Assembly (NCBI RefSeq): GCF_000196355.1
Contig: NC_007614.1
Coordinates: forward strand, 600,001 to 632,000
From: Nitrosospira multiformis ATCC 25196
GTDB lineage: Bacteria > Pseudomonadota > Gammaproteobacteria > Burkholderiales > Nitrosomonadaceae
Length of the DNA: 32,000 bases
Direction: 5' to 3'
Below the pieces are notes generated by a model. The model searched no databases. It saw only the letters and a list, made by a program, of their open reading frames with translations, and was not told the origin of the DNA. Positions 1-9,338 of this stretch are shown piece by piece; position 1 is the first letter of the stretch; each line of letters opens with the position of its first letter. Both the position numbers and the translations under genes were made by a program.

Positions 1-2367
1 TTCGAGGTCCAGGTTGGACAGAAGGCTGACGGGTGTGCCCTCCGGTATGGGGCCCAGATTCAACACGCCGTCATGAATCGGCAACCTCACATACCAGGGC
101 AGATAACCCTCCGGTATCAGCAGCCAGCTTCTCGCCCAGGTTCGATCGATAATGCCTGGCACTTCCTTGCCCGAGCGGGTGACATATGTGCGGTTTTCGC
201 AGCTTGTTCGTTCCTGATCTCCATAATTCTTTTCCGCATAGTAACTCCCCCCGTACAGGTCTTCCTGGTCGCAGTAGCGTTTTTCCGGCCAGAGCAATTG
301 CTCTATCCCGCTATAAAAGGATTTCATCCTGTCCTCAACGGTGCCTGAGGGATAGAATTTGCCCAAGGTGTTATTCAACAGAAAGGGCGCCGAGGACCAG
401 AGGCTCGCAAGCGAAGGCGGCCGGATATACCCGCGACCGCCATCTGGCATGGGATAGGAGCGGGGCTCCCGTGTCACGGGATGGTGAACCAGCGCACTTC
501 CGACCGAGGGTAGTTCTTTGTACGAGGTGGAAGAGAAATTATCCCAGGTATCCCCCTTGAGCGCGTTGGTTGCAAGGGAAGCGCAAATATTCGTTTCAAG
601 GAGGGTGACAGGAACGCGCAACTCGGTAGAAAGATAATTGTCAGCAAGAAAATCCTCCTTCAGTACGATCTCTTTCATCTCCTGCCTGAACTCGTCGGTC
701 TTTGTCCAGTTCCAGTACTGGTTCCAGCAACTCAGGTAATCAGGCCCGACGCAACCGTTATTGGGGAAGAATTTTACCGCTTTCTCCGGCAGCTTGCTCG
801 AGTGGCAGCCGGCGCAGTTCTCCGCAAATACTTCCTTGCCGCGTTTCAGGGTGGCCGCATCAGCGGTCAAATGATGCCGGCCTCCCGGCGCTTCCGCCAG
901 ATAATCCGGCCGGCTGGCTGCGAGGAAAAACAGCGATGTATCCAGGGTCTGGTTTTCCGTTGCCCGCCAATAGCTGGAATTCTTGTTGGCAGTGGCGATC
1001 GGGAATGGCGTGAATGGCTTGCCCCCGATGAGTGGATTGATATGCTGAAGCCATTCTTCGCTGAAGAGTCCGATATTTACGAAAACGCGGTTAAAGGCGC
1101 CGAGCGCGCCCACGGAATCAGCCCCATCCTTGAGCACCCGTGGGGTGAACACCGTACCCGATTTTTCGAAGAACCTTCTCAGCGGACTTTCGGAAGATAT
1201 TTCCCGATAATCATTAAACTGCTTATTGTTCAGCTCATCACCCGTCAGCTGCTCCTTGCCCGAGCGCAATGCATTTTTCATTCGCGCACCCAGGTTATAT
1301 ACCCCATTCATGCTGCGCGGATTATTCATGTAGTCCGTTGAAATGAGGGAAGTATCCAGGGCACCGGGGCGATTGGTGCTGAGGAACTGATAGGCGAAGC
1401 TGTTCTTGTCGGCTTCGTAGGCGAATATCCGGTCGAACCAGAAATATTGCGCCCCGGGATTGGAATTAAGGTTGGCCCACTGCGGGTTCTCCGGATCCTT
1501 CGGCGGATTGGAAGGGTTCGGGCCCACATGACAGAATCCGCACGACATCCCCACCCGGTAGGGCTTCACCAGATTTGCATCGTTGTAGTAGGACGGATCG
1601 GTATAATACCTTTCCGGGTCCCAGCGCTTTTTTGCGGCCTCATCGAAATCGGGATTGGGGAACAACCGCAGTCCTACAATCCCGCTCGCATATCCGTAGT
1701 AGGACCCGATCGGCACTGTCTTCCCCCGCGACCCGATCTTTACGCCAGGGTATTTCTCTTCATTCTCGAACGGGTCGCTTGCGCAATTCGGATCGCGCAC
1801 GTCGAGATACAGGCCGAAGCGGTCGGGGCGTCCCAATGGATTGCCCTGTGCATCCACGTTTTTCCTGAAGCACGGTTCATTGACAAGACCGAACCAGTAC
1901 CATCGGTTATCCCGGCTATATCCGGGATTTTTCATGAGGTGCGGATGATTTGAAAGCACCTTCAGGAGATCGAAGCTGCCCTGGCTGTTGATATTGAGAT
2001 GATCCCAGAACTTGTCATCTCCGCCTGTCCAGACTATCCAGTTATTCCGGCCTCTGACGATGGCTTTTACAGCCTCTTGCGGAACGCGGGAGATTCCGGG
2101 AACAAACGGCTCCAGCGTGGCGACAACCTTCTGCGGGTCTTGGCTGATCCCATAGTCCATGTCCTTGAAGTAATCTTCGTCCGCACCCGGGAAGCTCTCT
2201 GCCGATCGATTCGCGCATTGCGCCTCGTCCTTCACCGCTCCTGCCTTCGCAAACGGGCCTTCGACACATTCGTTTGCAATCCAGGGCGGGCGCTTGTAGG
2301 CGCAGCCGATAAGCAATGTAGTCAATCCCATTGCAATGAAAGTGAGGGCAACTCTTTTGGACTTCAT
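1..2367 (-). CDS. Di-heme cytochrome c-type lipoprotein, possibly RoxA/RoxB-like (C-terminus runs off the left edge)
   Basis: Reading frame open for 789 codons from ATG (complement 2365-2367) to base 1 (edge ORF, absent from the track). N-terminus MKSKRVALTFIAMGLTTLLIGCA has a lipobox (LIGC). Two CxxCH heme motifs: MSCGFCHVG (1528-1542) and NCAGCHSS (802-816). NNWIVWTGGDDKFWDHLN segment. Confidence 0.85.
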   Translation of the reverse strand, partial: MKSKRVALTFIAMGLTTLLIGCAYKRPPWIANECVEGPFAKAGAVKDEAQCANRSAESFPGADEDYFKDMDYGISQDPQKVVATLEPFVPGISRVPQEAVKAIVRGRNNWIVWTGGDDKFWDHLNINSQGSFDLLKVLSNHPHLMKNPGYSRDNRWYWFGLVNEPCFRKNVDAQGNPLGRPDRFGLYLDVRDPNCASDPFENEEKYPGVKIGSRGKTVPIGSYYGYASGIVGLRLFPNPDFDEAAKKRWDPERYYTDPSYYNDANLVKPYRVGMSCGFCHVGPNPSNPPKDPENPQWANLNSNPGAQYFWFDRIFAYEADKNSFAYQFLSTNRPGALDTSLISTDYMNNPRSMNGVYNLGARMKNALRSGKEQLTGDELNNKQFNDYREISSESPLRRFFEKSGTVFTPRVLKDGADSVGALGAFNRVFVNIGLFSEEWLQHINPLIGGKPFTPFPIATANKNSSYWRATENQTLDTSLFFLAASRPDYLAEAPGGRHHLTADAATLKRGKEVFAENCAGCHSSKLPEKAVKFFPNNGCVGPDYLSCWNQYWNWTKTDEFRQEMKEIVLKEDFLADNYLSTELRVPVTLLETNICASLATNALKGDTWDNFSSTSYKELPSVGSALVHHPVTREPRSYPMPDGGRGYIRPPSLASLWSSAPFLLNNTLGKFYPSGTVEDRMKSFYSGIEQLLWPEKRYCDQEDLYGGSYYAEKNYGDQERTSCENRTYVTRSGKEVPGIIDRTWARSWLLIPEGYLPWYVRLPIHDGVLNLGPIPEGTPVSLLSNLDLE

Positions 2368-2453
2368 GTGGCGGCCTCCAGGGAGAAATCGAATATTATT
2401 GGTTTTTGCGGGTGCCGAAAAAAGCATCGCGGCAATGAAAATGCAACCTCTTT

Positions 2454-3395
2454 TTATAACGAAGTCGAGTCGTAGACGTAACCCAGGTCTTCCGTATCCA
2501 CCAGGTCATCGTATGATTCCCCCCATGGGTCCATGATGCGGTCAGACCCGCTCAGGTTAGGTTCCGCCGATGAGTTGGCCTGTTGCCAGATATGCCACAA
2601 ACGATCCACTTCGGCATGATGGAGCCAGAAAACCGGATCCGTGGGTGATGACATCGTATTGTTCATGATGCCACCCACCCAGGCATGACCGTGATTATGG
2701 CCGGGAAGGCTCGTTCCATCCGGTCTCCGGCCCCAGCCCTCGAGCCCGTAAGTGAATTTCGTATAGTCATTTTCATTGTTCAGACCGGTATTCTGGATGG
2801 AGAACTGGTTAACGATGATATCCACATCCGTCGCGTTGGCTTTTTGCGGTGGTGAAGCATTTTTGCGTGAGGGTGGGGGTGTTCCCGTATCCGGATCGTT
2901 TGCAGGCAGAAAACCGTTCAGCCAGGCGGGGAAGGGATCTTCCCAGCGCCAATAAGGGACCGCGAGTTTTTCAGTTGCACCGGGACGGAGAACAGCGTCA
3001 ACACGCTGCAATTCCCGCTCGAACTCGACGAGATAACGGCGATGCCAGCCCAGAAAACGATAAAGGCCTGTCTCGCCCATCATGCCATGCATGTCGTGCG
3101 ACATATCCCTATGAAACTGGACCAGTTCGAGGTATTTGCCTTCCTCCACCAGACGAACAACCGCATTGCGGAATGCTTCCCGTTTTTCGGGCGAAAGGTC
3201 CGCCTGATTCTGGCGGGTGACCGGTGCGCCCGGCGGTTTGGGCGCAAAGGCGGCTGCTCCGCCCAGCAGGGGTTTTACCAGTTTCTTATGGATATCCTTA
3301 AGCAACTCCAGCTTGTCCAGGGGAAAGCCGAGAGCGATAACTTCATCGAAGGTTTTAGGGTGGAGGTGCGCGCCGGTCTTATGCGAATGGTCCAT
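2454..3395 (-). CDS. Tyrosinase-family copper protein (start placed at MDHSHKTG; the track ORF extends to 3491)
   Basis: CuA-type segment HDMHGMMGETGLYRFLGWHRRYLVEFERELQR and CuB-type segment HNHGHAWVGGIMNNTMSSPTDPVFWLHHAEVDRLWHIWQ. Confidence 0.9.
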   Translation of the reverse strand: MDHSHKTGAHLHPKTFDEVIALGFPLDKLELLKDIHKKLVKPLLGGAAAFAPKPPGAPVTRQNQADLSPEKREAFRNAVVRLVEEGKYLELVQFHRDMSHDMHGMMGETGLYRFLGWHRRYLVEFERELQRVDAVLRPGATEKLAVPYWRWEDPFPAWLNGFLPANDPDTGTPPPSRKNASPPQKANATDVDIIVNQFSIQNTGLNNENDYTKFTYGLEGWGRRPDGTSLPGHNHGHAWVGGIMNNTMSSPTDPVFWLHHAEVDRLWHIWQQANSSAEPNLSGSDRIMDPWGESYDDLVDTEDLGYVYDSTSL

Positions 3396-4067
3396 TTTTT
3401 TGCTCCTGACAAAGGGTTCAAGGAAAACAACCGGCGCAATATGACTCTCGCTCGATGCCAATACGCCTTGCACACAATAACTATAGTACATGGCGATTGA
3501 TCCGCTCGATTTTACACAGTCCGACTATATCTGTCTGCGCTTGAGCTTGAGCTCGATCGAGAGCTCTGTGCCCAAAGGCATTTCGCTTCAAAAAGACCGA
3601 CCTGGTAGCAGCGGCTGTTGATCATTAAATACGGCAAGCGTTTATCCTGGTCTTGCAGCCAATACAATGAACCCGGTACTCGACCCGAAAGGAGGCCCGG
3701 AGCAAGAACGAGCCCATCAAGGCCATGCCCGAAAACTGGTTTCGCCAAGGCCAATGCGAGGAATCAGCAAAAGAACATACACCTGATAAAAATTCACATT
3801 GACTAATTGGGGATCGGATATATGATGAAATAGGTGGATTAAGCGGAGGCGCCTGAGTCTGAGTGGGCGGACCCGATTTCTGATGGCAGGATTGGTCGCT
3901 GGTCTTGTCTTTTGAAGAGCGGGGCATGTGGCGAGCAACCGGAGAAAACCTTATTCGAGTTTGGAAGAACTGCTACACCGAGTCCGGGATGCGGCAGGAG
4001 CAGGCGAATCGTGCGGTGCCGGACCCGGGTTAATGAAGAATGCGTAACAGGAGATAGGGAGGTAATA

Positions 4068-4499
4068 ATGGCTTACGATATTCAGCAGGTGATCAATATG
4101 TCGCAAGACGAGCTCGATAAATTGTTTTCTTCCGGGGAAGTGGGCGAGATACCGGACGGTGAAGCAAAGGGCACCGCTATTATCGCGCCCGGTACGCCTT
4201 ACAACTATGCGATCGCGCAGGTCATCAATTTTTTTGCCTGGCAGGGAAAGATTTTTGACGCCAAGACAAGTACGTTGAAGAACGAAATTTCACCTTTTGG
4301 CTTTCGCGCGATCATCGCCAAGGTGTACAAGGACGATAGCTGGTTCGATCACAAGCCATGCATTGTTCTCGATTATTCGGAAACCTCCACAGTGGCCCAA
4401 CGGGTCCGTGACGAAATCCGCAAGGTGGCGGACAAGCAATATCTGGGGAAGGTTTACTGGGGCAACAAGCACCTTATAGATTTCTTCCTGCAGTTCTGA
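4068..4499 (+). CDS. Small protein of unknown function
   Basis: MAYDIQQVINMSQDELDKLFSSGEVGEIPDG...; purine-rich SD (ggagataggaggtaata) just upstream of the ATG; first gene of a plus-strand run of oxidative-enzyme genes. Confidence 0.75.
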   Translation: MAYDIQQVINMSQDELDKLFSSGEVGEIPDGEAKGTAIIAPGTPYNYAIAQVINFFAWQGKIFDAKTSTLKNEISPFGFRAIIAKVYKDDSWFDHKPCIVLDYSETSTVAQRVRDEIRKVADKQYLGKVYWGNKHLIDFFLQF

Positions 4500-4711
4500 G
4501 TTATCCGGGTGATTCCGCCACACCCGGCTTTCAGGCATTCGAGCTGAATGTTTGAGACTTCAAAACAGGTTTGCGGTTATCAGAACTCCGCCGTTTCACG
4601 AAGGCGTCTGTTTCACTGACGGCTCAGCTTATACATCGCAATCGGGTGACAGGAAAGCCGGTTGAGCAGAAAAACAAGAAGTCGTATAAATATCGAGTGA
4701 GATAAAAAGCC

Positions 4712-6016
4712 ATGACACCTCAATCCAGCTTCATGATTGTTGCGGCTGTACGTAACGGGCAGTTGAAAGACCTGCGCGCCTTGCTGGCTTCGATGAATAA
4801 CCTGCCCGGTCATGCTGACCCCAACAATGAACTGATGCCATTTGGGAAGTTTGATCGCCTGCACTTTGCACGTTTCGTGCTCATAGAAGCAAGAACCGCG
4901 CAGGAAATCAGAGCATTCGGCGTAACGCCGAGACCGTGGCAACCCACGCTCGCCTTTCTTGGCGATATTGACGGGGATATGCAGACTTTTTTTCTGGAAC
5001 TGATCGAGCGCGCGGAGCCGGGTCTGAAAAAAATCTTTTCTCATTGCGAAGGTTTTTCCGAGGAAAATCAGGATCTCCTGGGCTGGATGAAGGCAAACAA
5101 TATAAATGCCAGCGCCACCTATGTTAACTGGATCGGGCGAACGGTCAGGCAAATCCATGAAGAAGCAGCGCTCCATCGAAGTTTGTCTGCCTATCTGCCG
5201 AAAACTGTTGACGATGTGGGCCGGGAGAATGTGCGTGCCTTGCGGCAAAAGCTGTTGTCTTATGTGGAAATGGAAAAATATAAAGGCAGGCTTACGTTAA
5301 CCCCGCCAGAACCCACGCCCCCCGAATGGAAAATGCGCAATCTTCTGCATATGATCGGGGTTCCATTGATCCTGCTTCTTCTATCTCCGCTATTACTGGT
5401 TATCGCACTTATCTTTGCACTACGTTTGAGAATGCTCGAACGCTCTGACCCTGAGCTCTTTATCCGGCCCAGCCGTGAACATTTGGCGGAGCTTACCGTG
5501 CAGGAAGATCGGGATGTCAGTAACCAGTATAGTGTGTTCGGTGACGTGAAACCTGGGGGGGTCCGCTTACTGACTTTCAAATTCGTACTCCTGGTGACCG
5601 ACTATTTGGCCCGGCACATATACAACCGTGGATTTCTCGCCCGAATAAAAACGATTCATTTTGCCCGGTGGGTGTTCATGGACAATAACCACAGGGTTTT
5701 TTTCGCCAGCAATTACGATGGCAGCCATGAAAGCTATATGGATGATTTTATCAATAAGGTCGGCTGGGGCCTCAATCTTACCTTCACCAATGGTGTCGGC
5801 TACCCTACCACCCGGTGGATCATCAAGGAAGGTGCAAACCGGGAACATGCATTCAAATATACGCAAAGGCGGCATCAAATACCCACCGAGGTTTGGTATA
5901 AGGCGTACCCGGGATTAACGGCCGTTGATCTGGCGCGAAACAGTCGTATCCGGCAAGGTGTGGAAATTCGGCAATCCAATGATGCGGAAATCCGTGAATG
6001 GCTCAGCCTGATCTGA
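4712..6016 (+). CDS. Membrane-associated protein of unknown function with two related soluble halves flanking a TM segment
   Basis: 434-aa ORF with hydrophobic segment LLHMIGVPLILLLLSPLLLVIALIFAL. Repeated motif LHFARFVLI...LAFLGDIDGD and IHFARWVFM...VFFASNYDGS. Ends just upstream of the DyP gene. Confidence 0.75.
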   Translation: MTPQSSFMIVAAVRNGQLKDLRALLASMNNLPGHADPNNELMPFGKFDRLHFARFVLIEARTAQEIRAFGVTPRPWQPTLAFLGDIDGDMQTFFLELIERAEPGLKKIFSHCEGFSEENQDLLGWMKANNINASATYVNWIGRTVRQIHEEAALHRSLSAYLPKTVDDVGRENVRALRQKLLSYVEMEKYKGRLTLTPPEPTPPEWKMRNLLHMIGVPLILLLLSPLLLVIALIFALRLRMLERSDPELFIRPSREHLAELTVQEDRDVSNQYSVFGDVKPGGVRLLTFKFVLLVTDYLARHIYNRGFLARIKTIHFARWVFMDNNHRVFFASNYDGSHESYMDDFINKVGWGLNLTFTNGVGYPTTRWIIKEGANREHAFKYTQRRHQIPTEVWYKAYPGLTAVDLARNSRIRQGVEIRQSNDAEIREWLSLI

Positions 6017-6027
6017 GGAGCATGGAA

Positions 6028-7542
6028 ATGAAAGAATCAAGCGACTTTGAATTCGATGATCTTCAGGGGCTGCTGCGCTTTGGATATGGGAAGCTGACGG
6101 ATACCTCTTTCCTGCTGCTGAATATCGTAAATGCCGATCTGGCCAAAAAATGGCTGGAGACAGCACCCATCAGCAGCGCCGTCACGCAGGATCCTCCGCC
6201 AGAAACGGCGCTGCAGATTGCCTTTTCCGTGGAGGGTCTGCGTGTCCTCGGACTGGAGGAATCCGTTGTCGAGGGCTTTTCCGATGAGTTCATCGTGGGT
6301 ATGGCAGGAGATGAAAGCCGTTCCCGACGCCTGGGTGATATCGGCAGCAATGCGCCCCAGCAGTGGAAATGGGGAGGCAATGCGGCGCAGGTACCCCATG
6401 TCCTGTTACTGCTTTACGCCACGGAAGGAGGGATCGGCGCCTGGCAAAAAACCATAGAAGGCGAACATTTCTCCAACGCATTTGAGTTGCTGCAGGAATT
6501 ACCTACGCTTTATATCGGTGACATCGAGCCTTTCGGATTTCCGGACAGCATCAGCCAGCCAACCGTGGACTGGATGCAGCGGCAAAGCACGGATACTCAC
6601 GAGCGCGATCGTTATTCCAACTTGCTGGCTCCTGGAGAAATCGTACTTGGCTATCGCAATGAATATGGGCAGTACACTGCGCGCCCGCTCATCGATCCCC
6701 GGAAAGACAAGCTTGCAACCATGTTGCCTGGTGCCGAGGATGATCCCCCCCTAAAGGATTTCGGCCGTAATGGCACTTATCTGGTGCTTCGGCAACTGGG
6801 CCAGGATGTTCCGGGTTTTTGGCAGTTTCTTGACCAGGTGGCGGATCACATACCGGAAAAACGCGAGCAACTTGCCGCAGCGATGGTGGGCCGGGAACTC
6901 GACGGCACGCCCTTGGTTCCGGCCCACATTCCCGGCATTTCGCGCAAAGAATATGAGAACGATTTTACTTATGAGCAGGACCCAAAGGGGAACTATTGCC
7001 CCCTCGGCGCCCATGTGCGCCGGTCCAATCCGCGTACAGGCGATTTGCCCACGAGTGCATGCGGTCCCGTAGACCGGTTGATCAAAATACTGGGTTTTGG
7101 TCAAAGACCGGATGAAGATCTGGTCGCCTCTTCCCGTTTTCATCGTTTGCTGCGGCGTGGTCGCACTTATGGACCCGCCCTTGCACCGAAAGACGCTGTC
7201 GAACGCCATGCGCCTGTCGCCGAACGGGGAATACAGTTTATCTGCCTCGTGGGCAACATATCGCGGCAATTCGAATTTGTTCAGAATGCATGGACCATGA
7301 ACAGTAAGTTCGATGGCGTGCAAGATGAAAAAGATCCCATGCTGGGGAATCGCGAACCCTTGATGAGCGGGGAGAGCACTGATCATTTCAATTCTCCTGA
7401 TCCGGCCGGGCCGATGCGGACAACCTGTCATTTGCCGCAATTTGTTACCACCCTTGGGGGGGGATATTTTTTTATGCCCGGGCTGCGCGCACTCAAATAC
7501 ATTTCCGCCTTACCTGCTAACAGGACTGGTAGCCCATCATGA
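6028..7542 (+). CDS. DyP-type (dye-decolorizing) peroxidase
   Basis: NGTYLVLRQLGQDVPGFWQFL, CPLGAHVRRSNPRTGD, ASSRFHRLLRRGRTYG and GFPDSISQP (GXXDG-like) are DyP-family signatures. gaggag SD lies 7 nt before the ATG at 6028. Confidence 0.92.
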   Translation: MKESSDFEFDDLQGLLRFGYGKLTDTSFLLLNIVNADLAKKWLETAPISSAVTQDPPPETALQIAFSVEGLRVLGLEESVVEGFSDEFIVGMAGDESRSRRLGDIGSNAPQQWKWGGNAAQVPHVLLLLYATEGGIGAWQKTIEGEHFSNAFELLQELPTLYIGDIEPFGFPDSISQPTVDWMQRQSTDTHERDRYSNLLAPGEIVLGYRNEYGQYTARPLIDPRKDKLATMLPGAEDDPPLKDFGRNGTYLVLRQLGQDVPGFWQFLDQVADHIPEKREQLAAAMVGRELDGTPLVPAHIPGISRKEYENDFTYEQDPKGNYCPLGAHVRRSNPRTGDLPTSACGPVDRLIKILGFGQRPDEDLVASSRFHRLLRRGRTYGPALAPKDAVERHAPVAERGIQFICLVGNISRQFEFVQNAWTMNSKFDGVQDEKDPMLGNREPLMSGESTDHFNSPDPAGPMRTTCHLPQFVTTLGGGYFFMPGLRALKYISALPANRTGSPS

Positions 7543-8744
7543 CGAAGATAAAGAACCGGATACTGAAGGCTATTCACAATTTTCTGATTCTGCTGCTGCG
7601 GATCGAACGCCGGCTGGAACCCTGGTTCCGCGCACAGTGGAACTACCTCTTTCGCGAACCCAGCGCGAAGTTTATCCAGTATTTGATCAATCGTCGACGC
7701 AAGAACGAAGGTTTGCAGCTGGCCGAAGAAAAATTCTATCCGGATGAAGAAGAAAGCCTGAACAAGATTATCGATCTCATGATGGATCAGATGCGCGGTC
7801 GCTTCAAACCGGGAGGGTATGAGCGGGGCGGCAATACAAAAACACACGGCATTGTGCGTGCCACGGTAACCATACGGGATGATTTGCCGGAGCATTTCCG
7901 CAAGGGGATTTTTGCGTACCCGCGTACTTATCCTGCCTATGTGCGTTATTCCGGACCGGGGCCGAATGTGCCTGCGGATATCAATGATGTCGGCTTCATG
8001 AGCATGGCGGTGAAACTCATGGGTGTTCCGGGCGAAAAACTCATGAGCGAGGAGAAATTCACCCAGGATTTCATAACGACCAGTGGCGGCGCGACGTTCG
8101 TCACACCCAACACGCGGGAAAATGCCAAGCTGCAATACTGGAGCTTGGTGGACATGACGCTTTATTATTTTCTCAATCCCAAGGATTCCCACCTGCTTGA
8201 CTTCTTCATGCAGAGCTTGTGGAACGAAACTCAGTATAACCCGCTGGGACGGCGTTACTGGAGCTGCACTCCCTATCTGCTGGGGGAGGGACAAGCCATG
8301 ATGTATTCATTCGTGCCGAAAACGACAGATGTTGAAACCCATATTCCCGGCCTGCCATTTGGCACCCCGCCGTTTAATTATCTGCGGGAGAACATGATCA
8401 AGACCTTGAATGAGAAGGATGTCGAGTTTGATCTTATGATTCAGCTCCAGACGGACCCTCATCTGATGCCCATTGAAGATAGTTCGGTACGCTGGCCGGA
8501 GGAGCTTTCACCGTTTATTCCCGCTGCCACGGTTCATATCCCGAAACAGAAATTTGATTCCGATGCGCAGTTTGAGTTTGCCAAGCGGCTGAAAATGAAC
8601 CCGTGGCATTGCCTGCCTGAACACCGGCCATTAGGCAACTTGAATCGGGCGCGCTTCAGAATGTACTACGAGCTATCCAAATTCCGGCAGGAGATGAATG
8701 AAACCACACATCTGGAACCCACCGGGGATGAGATATTCGATTAG
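7539..8744 (+). CDS. Catalase-related heme protein (candidate hydroperoxide-metabolising enzyme)
   Basis: TKTHGIVRATVTI (distal-His segment) and HRPLGNLNRARFRMYYELSKFR (R-x3-Y-x6-R proximal pattern as in catalases). Start overlaps the DyP stop by 4 nt. Confidence 0.85.
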   Translation: MTKIKNRILKAIHNFLILLLRIERRLEPWFRAQWNYLFREPSAKFIQYLINRRRKNEGLQLAEEKFYPDEEESLNKIIDLMMDQMRGRFKPGGYERGGNTKTHGIVRATVTIRDDLPEHFRKGIFAYPRTYPAYVRYSGPGPNVPADINDVGFMSMAVKLMGVPGEKLMSEEKFTQDFITTSGGATFVTPNTRENAKLQYWSLVDMTLYYFLNPKDSHLLDFFMQSLWNETQYNPLGRRYWSCTPYLLGEGQAMMYSFVPKTTDVETHIPGLPFGTPPFNYLRENMIKTLNEKDVEFDLMIQLQTDPHLMPIEDSSVRWPEELSPFIPAATVHIPKQKFDSDAQFEFAKRLKMNPWHCLPEHRPLGNLNRARFRMYYELSKFRQEMNETTHLEPTGDEIFD

Positions 8745-8828
8745 CAACCGGGTTGATCAAATACCAGTGTTCATACCGGTTTCTACAATTCTCAGGCTGC
8801 TTGGTGAAATATCCGGGCTAACTCCCAT

Positions 8829-8870
8829 TAAATAGTTTACACCGTTAGTTACACCGTTTGGAATGAATCT
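8829..8870 (-). repeat. Remnant/duplicate of the lipoxygenase gene 3' end (encodes RFIPNGVT in the minus frame)
   Basis: gttacaccgtttggaatgaatct (8848-8870) matches gttacaccgttcggaatgaatct (10097-10119) at 22 of 23 bases; the preceding taaatagtttacaccgtt resembles taaatggttacaccgtt. Confidence 0.7.
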
Positions 8871-9042
8871 GGCAACTGGGTAAAAACCAGATATATCGGC
8901 TTTATAGCGAAGAGCAGCCTCAGCTTCCCTCGAAACTGCCCAGGCAACGCAAGACGAGGGTCACATGCCAGGCAAAGCTCAAGCGGACCAACCCCATGAA
9001 GGGTGAGCATGCACTTTATGCCGGGCCAACTGGGCCAACGGG

Positions 9043-9260
9043 ATGAAATTCAGGATGGAATTTCAGTACGCGGACGATGGTGGATGTCTTCAGCAAGGAA
9101 GCGCTGGTAATCGGGTAGGTCTGCGTCTGCAAAGAGAACAGGCAGTTTCCACGCTAAATCGACTGGCCGCACACCTTCAGGCCTCTCCAATATCTTTTTG
9201 TCGAAGCCCAATTCTCCGGATAGTTGCGGTAGGGCGAATCAACCCCCCTCAGGTGTTGCG
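9043..9260 (+). pseudogene. Possible degraded IS3-type transposase (OrfB) fragment
   Basis: Frame-broken segments resembling an integrase core: FSTRTMVDVFSKEALVIG, then in another frame VGLRLQREQAVSTLNRLAAH. Weak evidence. Confidence 0.3.
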
Positions 9261-9338
9261 CCAGTTGTGGAGCGGCTACGTGGGGTAATACGCACTTGTC
9301 ATCGCCATGGATAAATGGTTCACAAAAGGAGAGCGATT

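Noticed and set aside
1447-1953. Plus-strand ORF of 168 aa
   Set aside because: Antisense to the di-heme cytochrome gene, which carries CxxCH motifs in the opposite frame.
3512-3927. Small ORFs in the divergent intergenic region between the tyrosinase and the 4068 gene
   Set aside because: Overlapping short ORFs on both strands, low-complexity stretches (SSRSSSSSSADR), no convincing start signals; more likely regulatory or degraded DNA.
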